Origin: Alphaproteobacteria bacterium
Lineage (GTDB): Bacteria > Pseudomonadota > Alphaproteobacteria > JBMOFM01
Assembly: GCA_049318825.1 (NCBI GenBank)
Contig: JBMOFM010000003.1
Span: forward strand, 12,889-76,888
DNA length: 64,000 nucleotides
Direction of reading: 5' to 3'
The notes beneath the pieces are model-generated. The model had not been told where the DNA came from. It saw nothing but the letters and a program-made list of their open reading frames with translations, and made no database searches. The position numbers and the translations under genes are program-made. Shown here one piece after another: positions 28,711 to 46,409 of the stretch (positions are counted from its first letter, which is position 1; each line of letters begins with the position of its first letter).

Positions 28711-31700
28711 ATGACTGCAACAACCTTCGCTGCGCGCAAGCGTGTTCGCAAAAGTTTTGGCCGTATTCCCGAGGTAACTCGGATGCCCAACCTTATAGAA
28801 GTACAGAAAAGTTCTTATGATAAGTTTTTGCAGATGGATGTGCGGCCGCAGGATCGGCAGTATTTAGGTTTGGAAGAGGTCTTTCGTTCTGTTTTTCCAA
28901 TCCGCGATTTTTCAGACAGAGCAGAGCTTGATTTTGTTCGTTACGAATTAGAAGATCCCAAATATGATGTGGAGGAATGTCAGCAGCGTGGGATGACCTA
29001 TGCTGCCCCATTGAAGGTGACATTACGCCTTTCCGTATTTGATATCGATGAAGATACTGGTTTACGGTCTATTCGTGATATTAAAGAGCAGGATGTTTAT
29101 GTGGTGGATATGCCCCTCATGACATCTAATGGTACTTTTGTTGTTAATGGTACCGAGCGCGTAATTGTTTCACAGATGCACCGCAGTCCGGGTGTGTTTT
29201 TTGACCATGATAAGGGGAAAACTCACGCTTCTGGAAAGTATCTTTTTGCTGCGCGTGTAATCCCTTACCGTGGTTCTTGGCTCGATTTTGAGTTTGATGC
29301 TAAAGATCATTTGTATGTGCGGATTGATCGTCGCCGTAAATTGCCGGTGACTACATTCCTTTATGCGTTGTATTCCAAAGAAACAGCTGAGTATTTGCAG
29401 GGCTTATCCGTTTCTGGTCAAGCGGTGAATCGTCTTTTGGTCAATGGTATGGCTAAGGATGAAATTTTGAACAGTTTCTATGAAACTGTAACCTATACCC
29501 GTTCAGGGATGGGATGGAAAACAGATTTTGATCCATCCCGCGTGCGGGGAGCAAAATTAATTCATGATATGGTTGATGCAGATACAGGGACTGTGGTTGC
29601 TGAAGTAGGTACCAAATTAACCCCTAGAATTGTTAAGAAATTGCAGGAACAAGGCTTAAAAAGTCTTTTGGTTTCTTTTGATGATTTGGTTGGGCGTTAT
29701 ATTGCAACCGATATTATTGATGAGCGTACTGGTGAAGTATTGTTTGAGGCTGGCGATGAGTTGACCTTATCCGATATTGAAAAAATCAGCAAATTGCCAG
29801 TAGATGGTCTGCCGTTGTTGGCCATCGATCATATTAACATTGGCGGATATATTCGCAACACAATGATGGTTGATCGTAATGCTACCCGTGAAGATGCATT
29901 AATTGATATATATCGGGTTATGCGTCCGGGTGAGCCGCCAACATTGGAATCTGCGGAAGCATTATTTAAGTCGCTGTTTTTTGACCAAGACCGTTACGAT
30001 CTCTCAGCTGTTGGTCGCGTGAAAATGAATGCCCGTTTGGGTTTTTCTGCCGATGATACTGTGCGGGTTTTACGCAAAGAAGACATTCTTTCCATTCTAA
30101 AAATTCTTGTTGAATTGAAGGATGGGCGCGGCGAAATAGATGATATTGATCACTTGGGTAATCGGCGTGTGCGCTCTGTGGGGGAATTGATGGAAAATCA
30201 GTTCCGCTTAGGATTGTTGCGCATGGAGAGAGCCATTCGTGAACGGATGGGGGCCGTTGATATTGATACGGTGATGCCGCATGATTTAATCAATGCTAAG
30301 CCGGCAGCAGCGGCTGTGCGTGAATTTTTTGGTTCATCACAGCTTTCGCAATTTATGGATCAAACCAACCCATTGTCGGAAATTACCCATAAACGCCGTC
30401 TTTCAGCATTAGGACCGGGTGGTTTAACAAGGGAGCGCGCTGGATTCGAGGTTCGTGACGTTCATCCTACCCATTATGGCCGTATTTGTCCTATTGAGAC
30501 TCCTGAGGGGCCGAATATTGGTTTGATTAACAGTTTGGCTACTTACGCGCGGGTTAATCAATATGGCTTTATTGAAAGCCCTTATCGTCGAATAGTTGAT
30601 GGATGTGTGACCAATGAAGTGGTTTATTTAACGGCCATGGAAGAGGGGCGCTATACTATTGCACAGGCCAATGCTGAGTTGGATGATGATGGTAGATTTG
30701 TAACATCGTTGGTTTCCTGCCGTCAGGGTGGGGATTATTTGATGTCACGTCCTGATCAGATTGATTTTATTGACGTTTCGCCAAAACAAATTGTTTCTGT
30801 GGCTGCAGCTCTCATTCCATTCTTGGAAAATGATGACGCTAACCGTGCTCTCATGGGGTCAAACATGCAACGTCAGGCCGTGCCTTTGTTGCGTGCGGAT
30901 GCTCCTTTGGTGGGAACGGGGATGGAAAAAACCGTGGCTAGAGATAGTGGCTCTGCTATTGTTGCTCGGCGTGGCGGTGTTGTTGATCAGGTGGATGCAA
31001 CGCGTGTTGTTATTCGGGCAACAGAAATTACAACTGCTGATTCGTCGATTGTTGATATTTATAAGTTACGGAAATTCCAACGTTCCAATCAAAGCACCTG
31101 TATTACCCAACGGCCTTTGGTGAAGGTGGGTGATATTGTTAATGCAGGCGATATTATTGGCGATGGTCCATCAACAGAGATGGGGGAATTGGCGTTAGGG
31201 CGTAATGTTCTAGTGGCCTTTATGCCTTGGAATGGTTACAATTTTGAGGATTCTATTCTTATTTCTGAGCGCGTGGTGCGTGATGACGTATTTACCTCGA
31301 TTCACATTGAAGAATTTGAGGTGATGGCACGCGATACTAAGCTTGGCCAAGAAGAAATTAGCCGAGATATACCCAATGTTGGTGAAGAGGCTCTCAAGCA
31401 CCTTGATGAAGCTGGTATTGTTTATATTGGTGCTGATGTAAAGCCGGGTGATATTTTGGTGGGTAAGGTAACACCAAAAGGCGAAAGCCCAATGACACCA
31501 GAAGAAAAACTATTGCGTGCCATTTTTGGTGAAAAAGCTGCAGATGTTAAGGATAGTTCTTTACGCCTGCCCCCAGGTGTTTCTGGAACAGTTGTAGAAG
31601 TTCGCGTGTTTTCGCGTCGTGGTGTTGATAAAGATGCGCGGGCCATGCAAATTGAGCAGGCAGAAATTGAGCGTTTAGCCAAAGATCGTGACGATGAAAA

Positions 31701-32886
31701 ACGTATTCTTGAACGCGGTTTTTTTGACCAGTTGCAATCAATGTTGGCAGGGCAAACCGTAGAAACTGGACCAAAGACCTTAAAAGCGGGCTCCGTACTA
31801 AAGTCATCTGATTTGGAAGGCATGTCCAGACTGAATTTGCGGCAAATAACGGTTGCAGATGAAGCCGTGATGCAAATGATCGAATCTATGGGGCAAGCTT
31901 TTGATTCTTCTATTCGCAGCTTAAATGAACGCTTTGAAGGTAAAGTTGAAAAATTGCGCCGTGGGGATGAGTTGCCCCCTGGTGTAATGAAGATGGTAAA
32001 AGTGTTCGTGGCCGTAAAACGTAAATTACAGCCAGGGGACAAAATGGCTGGTCGTCACGGTAATAAAGGGGTTGTCTCAAGAATTATGCCGGTTGAAGAC
32101 ATGCCATATCTTGAAGATGGTACGCATGTTGATATTGTGCTTAACCCTTTAGGTGTGCCTAGCCGGATGAATGTGGGGCAGATTCTTGAAACCCATTTGG
32201 GATGGGCAGCCGCTCAGCTTGGAAAACAAATTGGTGATTTGGTTGATGCTTACACCGAAGGTCAGGCGAAAATTGAGCCATTGAAAAAACGACTCACAGA
32301 ATTATATGGCGAAAAAGCCTATGAAAATGAGTTTGCTGCTTTATCTGAGCAAGACCTTCTTGAATCGGCTGGTTATTTGCGCAAGGGAATTCCCATGGCA
32401 ACGCCAGTTTTTGATGGAGCTGAAGAAAAAGATATTAACCACATGTTGAAAGAGGCTGGTTTGGGTACGGCCGGTCAGGTAACCTTGATGGATGGTCGAA
32501 CTGGAGAGCCATTCGATCGTAAGGTGACTGTTGGTTATATTTATATGCTGAAGTTGCACCATTTGGTGGATGATAAAATTCACGCTCGTTCAATTGGTCC
32601 TTATAGTCTTGTAACGCAGCAACCTTTGGGTGGTAAAGCGCAGTTCGGTGGACAGCGTTTTGGAGAGATGGAGGTTTGGGCTCTTGAAGCCTATGGTGCT
32701 GCTTATACGCTTCAAGAGATGCTTACCGTGAAGTCAGATGACGTTGCTGGCCGTACTAAAGCTTATGAGGCTGTGGTAAGGGGTGAGGATACGTTTGAGA
32801 TTGGAATTCCGGAGTCGTTTAACGTGTTGGTGAAAGAGTTAAAATCTTTGGGCCTTAATGTTGATCTTGAAAATCGGGATTACTGA
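28711..32886 (+). CDS. rpoB: DNA-directed RNA polymerase subunit beta
   Basis: 1391 aa; conserved blocks throughout. Confidence 0.97.
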   Translation: MTATTFAARKRVRKSFGRIPEVTRMPNLIEVQKSSYDKFLQMDVRPQDRQYLGLEEVFRSVFPIRDFSDRAELDFVRYELEDPKYDVEECQQRGMTYAAPLKVTLRLSVFDIDEDTGLRSIRDIKEQDVYVVDMPLMTSNGTFVVNGTERVIVSQMHRSPGVFFDHDKGKTHASGKYLFAARVIPYRGSWLDFEFDAKDHLYVRIDRRRKLPVTTFLYALYSKETAEYLQGLSVSGQAVNRLLVNGMAKDEILNSFYETVTYTRSGMGWKTDFDPSRVRGAKLIHDMVDADTGTVVAEVGTKLTPRIVKKLQEQGLKSLLVSFDDLVGRYIATDIIDERTGEVLFEAGDELTLSDIEKISKLPVDGLPLLAIDHINIGGYIRNTMMVDRNATREDALIDIYRVMRPGEPPTLESAEALFKSLFFDQDRYDLSAVGRVKMNARLGFSADDTVRVLRKEDILSILKILVELKDGRGEIDDIDHLGNRRVRSVGELMENQFRLGLLRMERAIRERMGAVDIDTVMPHDLINAKPAAAAVREFFGSSQLSQFMDQTNPLSEITHKRRLSALGPGGLTRERAGFEVRDVHPTHYGRICPIETPEGPNIGLINSLATYARVNQYGFIESPYRRIVDGCVTNEVVYLTAMEEGRYTIAQANAELDDDGRFVTSLVSCRQGGDYLMSRPDQIDFIDVSPKQIVSVAAALIPFLENDDANRALMGSNMQRQAVPLLRADAPLVGTGMEKTVARDSGSAIVARRGGVVDQVDATRVVIRATEITTADSSIVDIYKLRKFQRSNQSTCITQRPLVKVGDIVNAGDIIGDGPSTEMGELALGRNVLVAFMPWNGYNFEDSILISERVVRDDVFTSIHIEEFEVMARDTKLGQEEISRDIPNVGEEALKHLDEAGIVYIGADVKPGDILVGKVTPKGESPMTPEEKLLRAIFGEKAADVKDSSLRLPPGVSGTVVEVRVFSRRGVDKDARAMQIEQAEIERLAKDRDDEKRILERGFFDQLQSMLAGQTVETGPKTLKAGSVLKSSDLEGMSRLNLRQITVADEAVMQMIESMGQAFDSSIRSLNERFEGKVEKLRRGDELPPGVMKMVKVFVAVKRKLQPGDKMAGRHGNKGVVSRIMPVEDMPYLEDGTHVDIVLNPLGVPSRMNVGQILETHLGWAAAQLGKQIGDLVDAYTEGQAKIEPLKKRLTELYGEKAYENEFAALSEQDLLESAGYLRKGIPMATPVFDGAEEKDINHMLKEAGLGTAGQVTLMDGRTGEPFDRKVTVGYIYMLKLHHLVDDKIHARSIGPYSLVTQQPLGGKAQFGGQRFGEMEVWALEAYGAAYTLQEMLTVKSDDVAGRTKAYEAVVRGEDTFEIGIPESFNVLVKELKSLGLNVDLENRDY

Positions 32887-32980
32887 GCTAGTAGGGGTTT
32901 TGGCTTGTTGGGTTAAAACCCCTGATTGTGCATTATATTATCAAGCCTATAAGGTGAGAAAATATTGGGCTTTGGTCTAG

Positions 32981-37213
<4,233 letters not shown>

Positions 37214-37286
37214 CAAGTCGCGCTTAGTAAATCTCTTGTAATTTCAAAAATTTTTTGAGATAACAACATCTGAAATAAAAAACTAG

Positions 37287-37337
37287 GTGCGATTATTTAG
37301 TAGTTGAAATAAAAAAAACAAGTACTAAGAATCGCAC
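37287..37337 (+). terminator. long imperfect hairpin (gtgcgattatttagta ... tactaagaatcgcac) after rpoC, followed by a U-containing tract
   Basis: The inverted repeat is visible; the large A-rich loop makes its efficiency uncertain. Confidence 0.35.
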
Positions 37338-37414
37338 TTCAACTTTTAGGCTTTATTCTTGAAATATTTTTGAAGAATAAGCATTGGGTATATTCGTTAC
37401 TAATTGGGAATTTT

Positions 37415-37786
37415 ATGGCTACAATCAATCAATTGATCCGTCATCCTCGTCAGCCAAAGCGTGTGCGTAATAAGGTGCCTGCACTGCAGGAGTGTCCTCA
37501 GCGTCGTGGTGTTTGTACGCGGGTTTATACTACAACGCCCAAAAAGCCTAACTCGGCTCTTAGGAAGGTTGCAAGGGTTCGTCTCACTAATGGTTTTGAG
37601 GTGACCAGCTACATTATGGGTGAGGGGCATAATTTGCAAGAGCACTCTGTGGTTCTTATTCGTGGTGGAAGGGTGAAAGATCTTCCTGGTGTGCGTTATC
37701 ACATTATTCGTGGTTCGTTGGACACCCAGGGTGTTAAAAACCGTAAGCAAAGCCGTTCAAAATATGGCGCTAAGCGTCCTAAATAG
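37415..37786 (+). CDS. rpsL: 30S ribosomal protein S12
   Basis: [13 protein letters not shown]...; the ATG at 37415 is internal to the longer listed ORF. Confidence 0.95.
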   Translation: MATINQLIRHPRQPKRVRNKVPALQECPQRRGVCTRVYTTTPKKPNSALRKVARVRLTNGFEVTSYIMGEGHNLQEHSVVLIRGGRVKDLPGVRYHIIRGSLDTQGVKNRKQSRSKYGAKRPK

Positions 37787-37802
37787 TTTCAAGGGGTTCT
37801 AA

Positions 37803-38273
37803 ATGTCTCGTCGTCGCCAAGCTGAAAAAAGGCAAATATTGCCAGATGCAAAATATAATAGCCTTGTTTTGGCAAAGTTTATGAATGTTCTTATGGAAGA
37901 TGGAAAAAAGTCTGTCTCTGAGGGTATTGTGTATGGTGCTTTGGGTTTGGTTGGTGAGAAAACCAAAAAAGACCCGATGATCATTTTAGATGAGGCGGTG
38001 CGTAATGCTAGCCCTCTAGTTGAGGTTCGTTCAAGGCGTGTGGGTGGTGCCACCTATCAGGTTCCTGTTGAGGTTAATCCAGCGAGAAGTCAGGCGTTGG
38101 CCTTGCGTTGGATTATAAGGAGTGCTCGTGCTCGTTCCGAAAAAACCATGCAGCGACGTGTTGCTGGTGAGTTGATGGATGCGGCCAATAAGATAGGTAG
38201 CACGGTTCGTAAACGTGAAGAAACGCACAAAATGGCTGATGCCAATAAAGCATTTGCGCATTTCCGCTGGTAG
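37803..38273 (+). CDS. rpsG: 30S ribosomal protein S7
   Basis: [18 protein letters not shown]. Confidence 0.95.
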   Translation: MSRRRQAEKRQILPDAKYNSLVLAKFMNVLMEDGKKSVSEGIVYGALGLVGEKTKKDPMIILDEAVRNASPLVEVRSRRVGGATYQVPVEVNPARSQALALRWIIRSARARSEKTMQRRVAGELMDAANKIGSTVRKREETHKMADANKAFAHFRW

Positions 38274-38300
38274 ATTTTGGTTATAGGGGAATTTTAGTCA

Positions 38301-40376
38301 ATGGCTCGCACGACACCGTTGGATCGTTATAGAAACATAGGCATTATGGCTCATATTGATGCTGGTAAAACCACCACTACTGAGCGCATATTGTATTATA
38401 CAGGCCGGTCTTATAAGATTGGTGAGGTTCATGAGGGTACTGCGACCATGGATTGGATGGAGCAGGAGCAGGAGCGTGGGATAACGATTACTTCTGCTGC
38501 GACCACATGTTCTTGGTTGGATCATAGAATTAATATTATTGATACCCCTGGTCACGTTGATTTTACCATTGAGGTTGAGCGTTCTCTTCGTGTTCTTGAT
38601 GGTGCTGTAGCTGTTTTTGATAGTGTGGCTGGTGTGGAGCCTCAGTCTGAAACAGTTTGGCGTCAGGCTGATAAGTATGTCGTTCCAAGGATTTGTTTTG
38701 TTAATAAAATGGATCGTACTGGGGCTAATTTCTTCCGTACCGTTTCAATGATGGTTGATCGTTTAGGTGCTGTTCCTATGGTATTACAGTTGCCTATAGG
38801 TTCTGAGAGTGAATTTGTTGGTATTGTTGATCTTGTAAAAAATAAAGCTGTTATCTGGAAAGATGAGAGTTTGGGGGCTGAGTTTTACGAGGCTGATATT
38901 CCTGATAATATGAAAGCACAAGCTGCTGAATATAGAACGAAGCTTATCGAGCTTGCTGTTGAGCAGGATGATGCTGTGATGGAGGCTTATCTTGCTGGTG
39001 AAGAGCCAACAGTTGATCAGCTGAAAAAATGTATACGTTCAGGGGCATTAAAAAGTATTTTTGTGCCGGTTTTTTGTGGGTCTGCATTTAAGAATAAGGG
39101 GGTTCAGCCTTTATTGGATGGTGTGGTTGATTATTTACCGTCTCCATTGGATATTGGTGCGATTGCAGGCACAAAATATGATGGAGAAGGGGAGGATTCC
39201 CGTCGTCCTGATGATTCTGAGCCATTCTCTGGTTTGGCGTTTAAGATTATGAGTGATCCTTTCGTTGGTTCGTTGACTTTCGTTAGGGTTTATTCTGGGG
39301 TTTTGACTGGTGGAACTACGGTTCTGAATTCTACTAAAGATAAGAAAGAACGTGTGGGTCGTATGTTGTTGATGCATGCGAATCATCGTGAAGATGTTAA
39401 AGAGGCATGCGCTGGTGATATTGTGGCATTGGCTAGCCTAAAAGATACGATCACTGGTGATACACTTTGTGATGCTTTTAAGCCTGTTATTCTTGAAAAA
39501 ATGGATTTCCCTAATCCAGTTATAGAAGTTGCTGTAGAGCCAAAATCTAAGGCAGACCAAGAGAAAATGGGTGTTGCGTTGCAACGTTTGGCTCAAGAGG
39601 ATCCTTCCTTTCGTGTTAATGTTGATCATGAAACAGGTCAAACGATTATCAAGGGTATGGGTGAATTGCATCTGGAAATTATTGTTGATCGGATGCGACG
39701 TGAATTTAAGGTTAATGCTAATGTGGGTGCACCGCAGGTTGCCTATCGTGAAACCATATCGCGCCGTGCGGAAATTGATTATACCCATAAGAAACAGTCT
39801 GGTGGTGCCGGTCAGTTTGCAAGAATAAAGCTTGTTTTCGAGCCTACTCAGCCTGGTGCTGGTTATAGTTTTGAAAGTAAAATTGTTGGCGGTTCTGTAC
39901 CCCGTGAATATGTTCCTGGAGTGCAGAAAGGTTTGGAGTCTGCTAAAGATACAGGCGTTTTGGCAGGCTTTCCCGTAATAGATTTTAAGGTTGATCTTGT
40001 TGATGGCGCTTACCATGATGTGGATTCATCGGTTTTAGCTTTTGAAATTGCAGCAAGAGCTGCTTTTAAGGAAGGTTGTCAAAAAGCTGGGGCTGTTCTT
40101 TTGGAGCCAGTCATGAAAGTTGAGGTTGTAACCCCAGAAGATTATATGGGGGATGTTATTGGTGACCTTAATTCAAGGCGTGGTCAGATCTCATCCATGG
40201 ATCAACGTGGTAATGCTCGTGTTGTAACCGCTATGGTTCCATTGGCAAATATGTTTGGTTATGTGAACACCTTGCGTTCCATGAGTCAAGGGCGTGCACA
40301 ATATAGTATGCAGTTTGATCATTATGAGCCTGTCCCTCATGCTATCGCAGAAGAGGTAAGAGCTAAATACGCTTGA
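38301..40376 (+). CDS. fusA: elongation factor G
   Basis: [12 protein letters not shown]..., 691 aa. Confidence 0.97.
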   Translation: MARTTPLDRYRNIGIMAHIDAGKTTTTERILYYTGRSYKIGEVHEGTATMDWMEQEQERGITITSAATTCSWLDHRINIIDTPGHVDFTIEVERSLRVLDGAVAVFDSVAGVEPQSETVWRQADKYVVPRICFVNKMDRTGANFFRTVSMMVDRLGAVPMVLQLPIGSESEFVGIVDLVKNKAVIWKDESLGAEFYEADIPDNMKAQAAEYRTKLIELAVEQDDAVMEAYLAGEEPTVDQLKKCIRSGALKSIFVPVFCGSAFKNKGVQPLLDGVVDYLPSPLDIGAIAGTKYDGEGEDSRRPDDSEPFSGLAFKIMSDPFVGSLTFVRVYSGVLTGGTTVLNSTKDKKERVGRMLLMHANHREDVKEACAGDIVALASLKDTITGDTLCDAFKPVILEKMDFPNPVIEVAVEPKSKADQEKMGVALQRLAQEDPSFRVNVDHETGQTIIKGMGELHLEIIVDRMRREFKVNANVGAPQVAYRETISRRAEIDYTHKKQSGGAGQFARIKLVFEPTQPGAGYSFESKIVGGSVPREYVPGVQKGLESAKDTGVLAGFPVIDFKVDLVDGAYHDVDSSVLAFEIAARAAFKEGCQKAGAVLLEPVMKVEVVTPEDYMGDVIGDLNSRRGQISSMDQRGNARVVTAMVPLANMFGYVNTLRSMSQGRAQYSMQFDHYEPVPHAIAEEVRAKYA

Positions 40377-40417
40377 TCAGTTACATTATTGAAAATAAAT
40401 AGAGTATCTTTGAGGTA

Positions 40418-41633
40418 AAACAATGACTAAGGCAAAATTTGAGCGGAACAAGCCGCACTGTAACATAGGCACGATAGGTCACGTTGATCATGGTAAGACA
40501 TCGTTGACAGCAGCGATCACGAAGGTGATGGCGAAATTGGGTCGTGCGGAATTTAGAGCATATGATCAGATTGATAAGGCACCGGAAGAAAAGGCTCGTG
40601 GTATTACGATATCAACAGCGCACGTTGAGTATGAGACAGAGAATCGTCACTATGCCCACGTAGATTGCCCTGGCCACGCTGATTATGTGAAGAACATGAT
40701 CACTGGAGCAGCCCAGATGGATGGAGCGATATTGGTGGTGAGCGCCGCTGATGGTCCAATGCCACAGACGCGTGAACACATATTGTTGGCCCGTCAGGTT
40801 GGCGTTCCATCGATTGTGGTGTTTTTGAATAAAGTGGACATGGTAGATGATCCAGAGCTTTTAGAGTTGGTAGAGCTTGAAGTTCGTGAATTATTGTCCA
40901 AATATAATTTCCCTGGGGATGACATTCCGATTATTAAAGGCAGTGCATTATGTGCACTAGAAGATCGTGATCCAGAGAAGGGTGAGTTGGCGATATTGGA
41001 GTTGATGAAAGCAGTGGATGCGTATATTCCGCAGCCGGAGCGTCCTAAAGATCGTCCATTTTTGATGCCAGTTGAAGACGTATTTTCTATATCTGGCCGT
41101 GGTACAGTGGTAACTGGCCGTGTAGAGAGCGGTATAGTAAAAGTGGGTGAAGAGGTCGAGATCGTAGGGTTAAAGGATACGGTAAAGACGACAGTAACTG
41201 GCGTTGAGATGTTCCGGAAATTGCTTGATCAAGGTGAAGCCGGAGATAACGTTGGTTGTTTGCTTCGTGGAACGAAGAGAGAAGATGTAGAGCGTGGCCA
41301 AGTATTGGCGCGCCCTGGTTCGATTAAGCCACACACGAAGTTTACAGCAGAAGCGTATATTCTTACAAAAGAAGAAGGTGGTCGTCATACGCCATTTTTC
41401 AGCAACTACCGTCCTCAGTTTTACTTCCGTACAACAGACGTGACTGGAATGGTGGAATTGCCAGAAGGTACGGAGATGGTGATGCCCGGAGATAACGTTT
41501 CTATTGTGGTGAAGTTGATTGCCCCAATTGCAATGGATGAAGGTCTGCGCTTCGCTATTCGTGAAGGCGGTAGAACAGTTGGTGCTGGCGTCGTTGCTAA
41601 AATTATTGAGTAGTTTTAGTTTTTTGTGATGTG
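40418..41633 (+). repeat. second copy of the about 1.2 kb exact tuf repeat (partner at 23795-25010)
   Basis: See the partner entry. Confidence 0.85.
40423..41613 (+). CDS. tufA: elongation factor Tu (copy 2)
   Basis: Identical to copy 1 at 23800. Confidence 0.95.
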   Translation: MTKAKFERNKPHCNIGTIGHVDHGKTSLTAAITKVMAKLGRAEFRAYDQIDKAPEEKARGITISTAHVEYETENRHYAHVDCPGHADYVKNMITGAAQMDGAILVVSAADGPMPQTREHILLARQVGVPSIVVFLNKVDMVDDPELLELVELEVRELLSKYNFPGDDIPIIKGSALCALEDRDPEKGELAILELMKAVDAYIPQPERPKDRPFLMPVEDVFSISGRGTVVTGRVESGIVKVGEEVEIVGLKDTVKTTVTGVEMFRKLLDQGEAGDNVGCLLRGTKREDVERGQVLARPGSIKPHTKFTAEAYILTKEEGGRHTPFFSNYRPQFYFRTTDVTGMVELPEGTEMVMPGDNVSIVVKLIAPIAMDEGLRFAIREGGRTVGAGVVAKIIE

Positions 41634-41686
41634 TGAGTAAGTTATCTTTATCTATTCAGAGAGAGATAAGACAGAAAGATTTTGTG

Positions 41687-42007
41687 ATGATAAAAAAAGA
41701 AGAAGCTCAAAGTATTCGCATAAGATTAAAAGCATTTGATCATAGAGTACTTGACCAATCCACTAGTGAGATCGTTGGAACTGCAAAGCGTACCGGTGCT
41801 AGAGTTAGGGGACCTGTTCCTTTGCCTACAAGAATAGAGCGCTTCACTGTTTTGCGTAGTCCTCACATTGATAAGAAGTCTCGTGAGCAGTTTGAGCGTA
41901 GAACTCATAGTCGTATGATTATAATTTATGAGTGGACGCCACAGACTGTAGATGCATTGGGTCGTCTTGATTTGGCGGCTGGTGTTGATGTTGAAATTAA
42001 ACTTTAA
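41687..42007 (+). CDS. rpsJ: 30S ribosomal protein S10
   Basis: [17 protein letters not shown]...; start moved to the internal ATG (the GTG at 41684 is also possible). Confidence 0.85.
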   Translation: MIKKEEAQSIRIRLKAFDHRVLDQSTSEIVGTAKRTGARVRGPVPLPTRIERFTVLRSPHIDKKSREQFERRTHSRMIIIYEWTPQTVDALGRLDLAAGVDVEIKL

Positions 42008-42022
42008 GGAACGGGAATCATC

Positions 42023-42736
42023 ATGAGAACCGGTTTAATTGCTAAAAAGCTTGGTATGACCAAGGTATTTACTGCTGATGGAATTCATCTTCCTGTTACC
42101 GTACTGCAATGCACAGAGTGTCAGGTTGTTCAGGTTAAGACAAAAGAGACTGATGGTTACAATGCCGTGCAGATTGGCGCTGGTATTGCCAAATTATCTT
42201 CTGTTAGTCGTTCTGTTAAAGGGCATTTTGCAAAGAATAAGATTGTTCCTAAGTCAAGACTTGAGGAATTTAGGGTTTCCCCTGAAGCTTTGCTTAATGT
42301 TGGCGATAATTTGTGTGTTAGTCACTTTTTGCCAGGTCAATATGTGGATGTAACCTCCACTAGTATTGGTAAGGGGTTTGCTGGCGCCATGAAGCGTTGG
42401 AATTTTGGTGGCTTGCGAGCATCTCACGGTGTGTCTGTGTCTCATAGAAGTCATGGATCAACTGGTAACAGGCAAGATCCTGGCCGTGTGTTTAAGAATA
42501 AAAAAATGGCAGGACATTTGGGAAGTGAGCAAATAACAACGCTTAATTTGCAGATTGTATCTGTGAAGCCAGAGGATGGAATAATCTTGGTTAAGGGATC
42601 TGTTCCTGGTCATGATGGCACATGGGTTCGTTTGCGTGATGCTGCAAAAAAGCAAAAACCTGATAATCTTCCATACCCAGCAGCATTAAAAGTTGCTTCC
42701 GTTGTGGCAGTTGATGCTGGTTCAGAGGGAGTATAA
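42023..42736 (+). CDS. rplC: 50S ribosomal protein L3
   Basis: MRTGLIAKKLGMT. Confidence 0.95.
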   Translation: MRTGLIAKKLGMTKVFTADGIHLPVTVLQCTECQVVQVKTKETDGYNAVQIGAGIAKLSSVSRSVKGHFAKNKIVPKSRLEEFRVSPEALLNVGDNLCVSHFLPGQYVDVTSTSIGKGFAGAMKRWNFGGLRASHGVSVSHRSHGSTGNRQDPGRVFKNKKMAGHLGSEQITTLNLQIVSVKPEDGIILVKGSVPGHDGTWVRLRDAAKKQKPDNLPYPAALKVASVVAVDAGSEGV

Positions 42737-42739
42737 AAT

Positions 42740-43360
42740 ATGAAGTTTTCAGTAATAAATATTAAGAACGAGATTGTTGGCGAAGTCGATGTTTCTGATT
42801 CGATCTTCTCTCTTCCTTCGCGTTCTGATTTACTGGCTCGTGTTGTTAGGTGGCAATTAGCTGCACGGCAACGGGGTACGCACAAGACCAAAGGTATATC
42901 TGATGTATCTGGTACAACCAAGAAACCTTGGAACCAAAAAGGTACCGGTAGAGCCAGACAGGGTTCTTTGCGCTCTCCTCAGTTTCGTGGCGGTGCAGTG
43001 ATTTTTGGACCAGTTGTTAGAGATCATTCGCATGATTTGCCGAAGAAAGTTCGTAAATTGGCGCTAAAGACCGCATTGTCTGTTAAGGCAGCAGAGAATA
43101 AGATAGTCATTCTCGATGAGGCTATTGCGGCTGCACCTAAAACCAAAGAACTTTCTTCTGCTTTTAAGCTTTTGGGTTGGTCCTCTAGTCTTATTGTTGA
43201 TGGTGAAGTTAAAGATAAAAACTTTTCATTGGCTGTTCGGAATATTCCAGGGGTAACTTATATCTCTGATATTGGGGTAAATGTTTATGATATTTTGCGG
43301 CATGATTCTTTGGTAATTACCAAAAATGCCTTGCAAAAAATAGAGGAGCGTTTAGTATGA
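42740..43360 (+). CDS. rplD: 50S ribosomal protein L4
   Basis: Position and length (206 aa). Confidence 0.9.
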   Translation: MKFSVINIKNEIVGEVDVSDSIFSLPSRSDLLARVVRWQLAARQRGTHKTKGISDVSGTTKKPWNQKGTGRARQGSLRSPQFRGGAVIFGPVVRDHSHDLPKKVRKLALKTALSVKAAENKIVILDEAIAAAPKTKELSSAFKLLGWSSSLIVDGEVKDKNFSLAVRNIPGVTYISDIGVNVYDILRHDSLVITKNALQKIEERLV

Positions 43361-43692
43361 TTTTTTTTCGTAAAAAAGAAAAGCTTTCGTCTCCGCAAGC
43401 TATAGAATTTGGTCTTTTTGATTTGCTTGTTTCTCCGGTTGTTACGGAGAAGGCTAGTAATTGTTTGGCTGCTAATCAAGTTGTTTTTAAGGTTCTTGGT
43501 GGCGCTTCTAAGTCTGATATTAAGGAAGCGGTTGAGAAAGTTTTTAATGTTAAGGTTGATGCCGTTAATACTTTAGTTGTTAAGGGTAAGGCAAAAAATT
43601 TTAGGGGTAAGAAGGGGCGCAGAAGCGATTATAAGAAGGCTTATGTGACCTTGAGTGAAGGGTATTCAATTGAAGTGCCTAATGGGTTGTAG
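43357..43692 (+). CDS. rplW: 50S ribosomal protein L23
   Basis: VSPVVTEKAS motif; ATGA overlap with rplD; the true start could be a little downstream. Confidence 0.85.
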   Translation: MIFFRKKEKLSSPQAIEFGLFDLLVSPVVTEKASNCLAANQVVFKVLGGASKSDIKEAVEKVFNVKVDAVNTLVVKGKAKNFRGKKGRRSDYKKAYVTLSEGYSIEVPNGL

Positions 43693-43710
43693 GTTGATTG
43701 GGGATTTGAG

Positions 43711-44541
43711 ATGTCTTTAAAGCAATATAAGCCGGTTACACCTGGAGCAAGACAGCTTGTTCTTGTTGATCGTTCTTCGTTATGGAGCGGTAAGCCGGTA
43801 AAAAGTTTAACTGAAGGTCTGTCAAAGACTGGAGGGCGTAATAACTTTGGTAACGTTACGAGTTGGAATAGAGGTGGTGGCCATAAGCGTAGGTATCGCT
43901 TGGTTGACTTTTATCGTAAGAAGCACGGTTTGAGCGCTAAGGTTGAGCGCATTGAGTATGACCCTAATCGTTCTGCATTCATAGCGTTGATTGCCTATGA
44001 AGACGGGGAGTTGTCTTATATAATTGCTCCTCAACGTTTGTCTCCTGGTGATGTCGTTGTTTCTGGTGAGCGTGTTGATATAAAGCCTGGTAATGCTATG
44101 CCGCTTAAGAGTATACCTGTTGGTACTATTGTGCATAATGTTGAGCTTAAGGCTGGTGCTGGTGCTAAGATTGCTAGATCTGCTGGAACCTATGTTCAGC
44201 TGGTTGGTAGGGATTCTGGTGTTGCTCAGATTAAGCTTAATTCGGGTGAATTGAGGTTGGTGTCTTCCGAATGTATGGCGACTATTGGGGCTGTTTCAAA
44301 TCCTGATCAGGTCAATGTTTCTATAGGTAAGGCTGGCAGAAATCGTTGGAAGGGTTGGCGTCCTCATGTTCGTGGTGTAGCCATGAACCCTGTTGATCAC
44401 CCGCATGGTGGTGGTGAAGGCCGCACTTCTGGTGGGCGTAATCCTGTTACTCCTTGGGGTATTCCAACTAAGGGTAAGAAAACAAGAAAAAACAAGGCTA
44501 CGGATAAGTTTATTGTTCGTTCTCGCCATCAAAGTAAGTAA
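43711..44541 (+). CDS. rplB: 50S ribosomal protein L2
   Basis: [15 protein letters not shown]... Confidence 0.95.
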   Translation: MSLKQYKPVTPGARQLVLVDRSSLWSGKPVKSLTEGLSKTGGRNNFGNVTSWNRGGGHKRRYRLVDFYRKKHGLSAKVERIEYDPNRSAFIALIAYEDGELSYIIAPQRLSPGDVVVSGERVDIKPGNAMPLKSIPVGTIVHNVELKAGAGAKIARSAGTYVQLVGRDSGVAQIKLNSGELRLVSSECMATIGAVSNPDQVNVSIGKAGRNRWKGWRPHVRGVAMNPVDHPHGGGEGRTSGGRNPVTPWGIPTKGKKTRKNKATDKFIVRSRHQSK

Positions 44542-44552
44542 GGGGTAGTTCA

Positions 44553-44831
44553 GTGGCTCGCTCAGTGTGGAAAGGTCCGTTTATTGATGGGTATCTGTTA
44601 AAAAAAGCAGATAAAGCAAGAAAATCGGGCAGAAATGAAGTAATAAAAATTTGGTCGCGACGTTCGACGATTATCCCGCGTTTCGTGGGGCTTACATTTG
44701 GTGTTCATAACGGGAAGAAATTTATTCCTGTTTTGGTTAGTGAGCAAATGGTAGGACATAAGTTTGGTGAATTTGCTCCTACTAGGACGTTTACTGGGCA
44801 TTCCGGTGATAAGAAAGCAAAAAGAGGTTGA
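44553..44831 (+). CDS. rpsS: 30S ribosomal protein S19
   Basis: [12 protein letters not shown]. Confidence 0.95.
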   Translation: MARSVWKGPFIDGYLLKKADKARKSGRNEVIKIWSRRSTIIPRFVGLTFGVHNGKKFIPVLVSEQMVGHKFGEFAPTRTFTGHSGDKKAKRG

Positions 44832-44836
44832 TGTAA

Positions 44837-45226
44837 ATGAGTCAGGTAGCTAATCCCTCTCGTGTGGGTGATCGTGAAGCTCGCGCCTATGCAAAATATA
44901 TAAAAAGTAGTCCGAGAAAGCTTAATCTTGTTGCGCAGCTTGTTAGGGGGCGTTCCCTTGGCGATGCTATTTCTTCTCTTGCGTTTTGCGAGAGAAGAAT
45001 AGCTATCGATGTAAGGAAGGTGTTGCAATCTGCGTTAGCTAATGCAGAAAACAATCATAATCTTGATCCAGATTTATTGGTGGTAAAAGAAGCTACGGTT
45101 GGTCGCACTGTTGTGATGAAAAGGTTTCATGCAAGAGGACGTGGTCGTGCTTCTAGGATCGAGAAGCCGTATAGTAATCTTACTGTTGTGCTTGAAGAAG
45201 TTAATAAAGAGATAGGGGCTAAGTAA
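44837..45226 (+). CDS. rplV: 50S ribosomal protein L22
   Basis: Position and motifs. Confidence 0.9.
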   Translation: MSQVANPSRVGDREARAYAKYIKSSPRKLNLVAQLVRGRSLGDAISSLAFCERRIAIDVRKVLQSALANAENNHNLDPDLLVVKEATVGRTVVMKRFHARGRGRASRIEKPYSNLTVVLEEVNKEIGAK

Positions 45227-45906
45227 TGGGTCAGAAAATTAATCCCATTGGTTTGCGTGTGGGAATAAATAGAACTTGGGATAGCCGCTGGTATGCTAGC
45301 AAAGGGTTTGCTAAGTTATTGCATCAAGATTTATCTATACGTGATTATATTCGTGATACGCTTTCTCAGGCGGGTATTGGTAGAATAGTCATCGAGCGTG
45401 CGGCAAAAAAATCAAAAATAACTCTTCATACTGCTCGCCCTGGTGTTGTTATTGGCAAGAAGGGTGTCGATATTGAGAAGTTACGTTCTGAGTTGGCAAA
45501 AAAGTCCGGCAGTGATGTGACGCTTAATATTGTTGAAATTCGTAAGCCTGAAATAGAGGCTAAACTGATTGCTGAGGGAATAGCTAGTCAGCTGGAAAGG
45601 CGTGTTGCTTTTCGGAGAGCAATGAAGCGTGCTGTTCAGTCTGCTATGCGTTTGGGTGCTCTTGGTATAAGAATTAATTGCTCTGGTCGTCTTGGTGGTG
45701 CAGAGATTGCTCGTATGGAATGGTATAGGGAGGGTCGTGTTCCTCTTCATACGTTGCGTGCCGATATAGATTATGGGGTTGGTACAGCTAAAACAACCTA
45801 TGGTGCTTGCGGAATAAAGGTTTGGGTTTATAAAGGGGATGTTTTGTCAAACGACCCTATGGCTCAAGACAAAAAAGCTGGCGAAGCGCAGGCTGTACGA
45901 TCCTAG
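45226..45906 (+). CDS. rpsC: 30S ribosomal protein S3
   Basis: [13 protein letters not shown]. Confidence 0.95.
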   Translation: MGQKINPIGLRVGINRTWDSRWYASKGFAKLLHQDLSIRDYIRDTLSQAGIGRIVIERAAKKSKITLHTARPGVVIGKKGVDIEKLRSELAKKSGSDVTLNIVEIRKPEIEAKLIAEGIASQLERRVAFRRAMKRAVQSAMRLGALGIRINCSGRLGGAEIARMEWYREGRVPLHTLRADIDYGVGTAKTTYGACGIKVWVYKGDVLSNDPMAQDKKAGEAQAVRS

Positions 45907-45977
45907 TTAAATGTGTTTAAGGATTGTTTTTAGTTTAGTAAAAGGCTGAGCTAAAACATATGTTTAGGGAATAGAAA

Positions 45978-46409
45978 ATGTTATCGCCTAAGAGAACTAA
46001 ATATAGAAAAGCTCATAAGGGGCGTATTCATGGTGTTGCCTCTTCTGGTACGCTTTTGACATATGGCTCATTCGGGATAAAAGCTTTGGAGCCAGAGCGT
46101 ATAACTGCGCGTCAAATTGAGGCCGCTCGCAGGGCTATTACGCGTCACATACGTCGTCAAGGTAAGTTGTGGATTAGAATATTTCCGGATGTACCGGTTA
46201 GTCAGAAGCCTGCCGAAGTTAGGATGGGTAGTGGTAAGGGGTCCCCTGAATTTTGGGTTTCTCGCGTTTATCCAGGAAAAGTTCTTTTTGAATTGGATGG
46301 CGTTCCTTTTGATTTGGCTGAGAAAGCCTTTTCTTTGGCAGCAGCTAAGTTGCCAATAAAAACCAAAATAGTATCTCGGGTGTTTGAGGGGAGTATTACA
46401 GATGTCTAA
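45978..46409 (+). CDS. rplP: 50S ribosomal protein L16
   Basis: [16 protein letters not shown]. Confidence 0.95.
   Translation: MLSPKRTKYRKAHKGRIHGVASSGTLLTYGSFGIKALEPERITARQIEAARRAITRHIRRQGKLWIRIFPDVPVSQKPAEVRMGSGKGSPEFWVSRVYPGKVLFELDGVPFDLAEKAFSLAAAKLPIKTKIVSRVFEGSITDV

Noticed and set aside
31422-32042. 206-aa minus-strand ORF inside rpoB; similar long antisense ORFs inside rpoC (33547-33999), fusA (39438-40016) and rplA (26603-27208)
   Set aside because: All lie wholly inside well-supported conserved genes on the opposite strand. Their compositions are low-complexity and typical of antisense frames.
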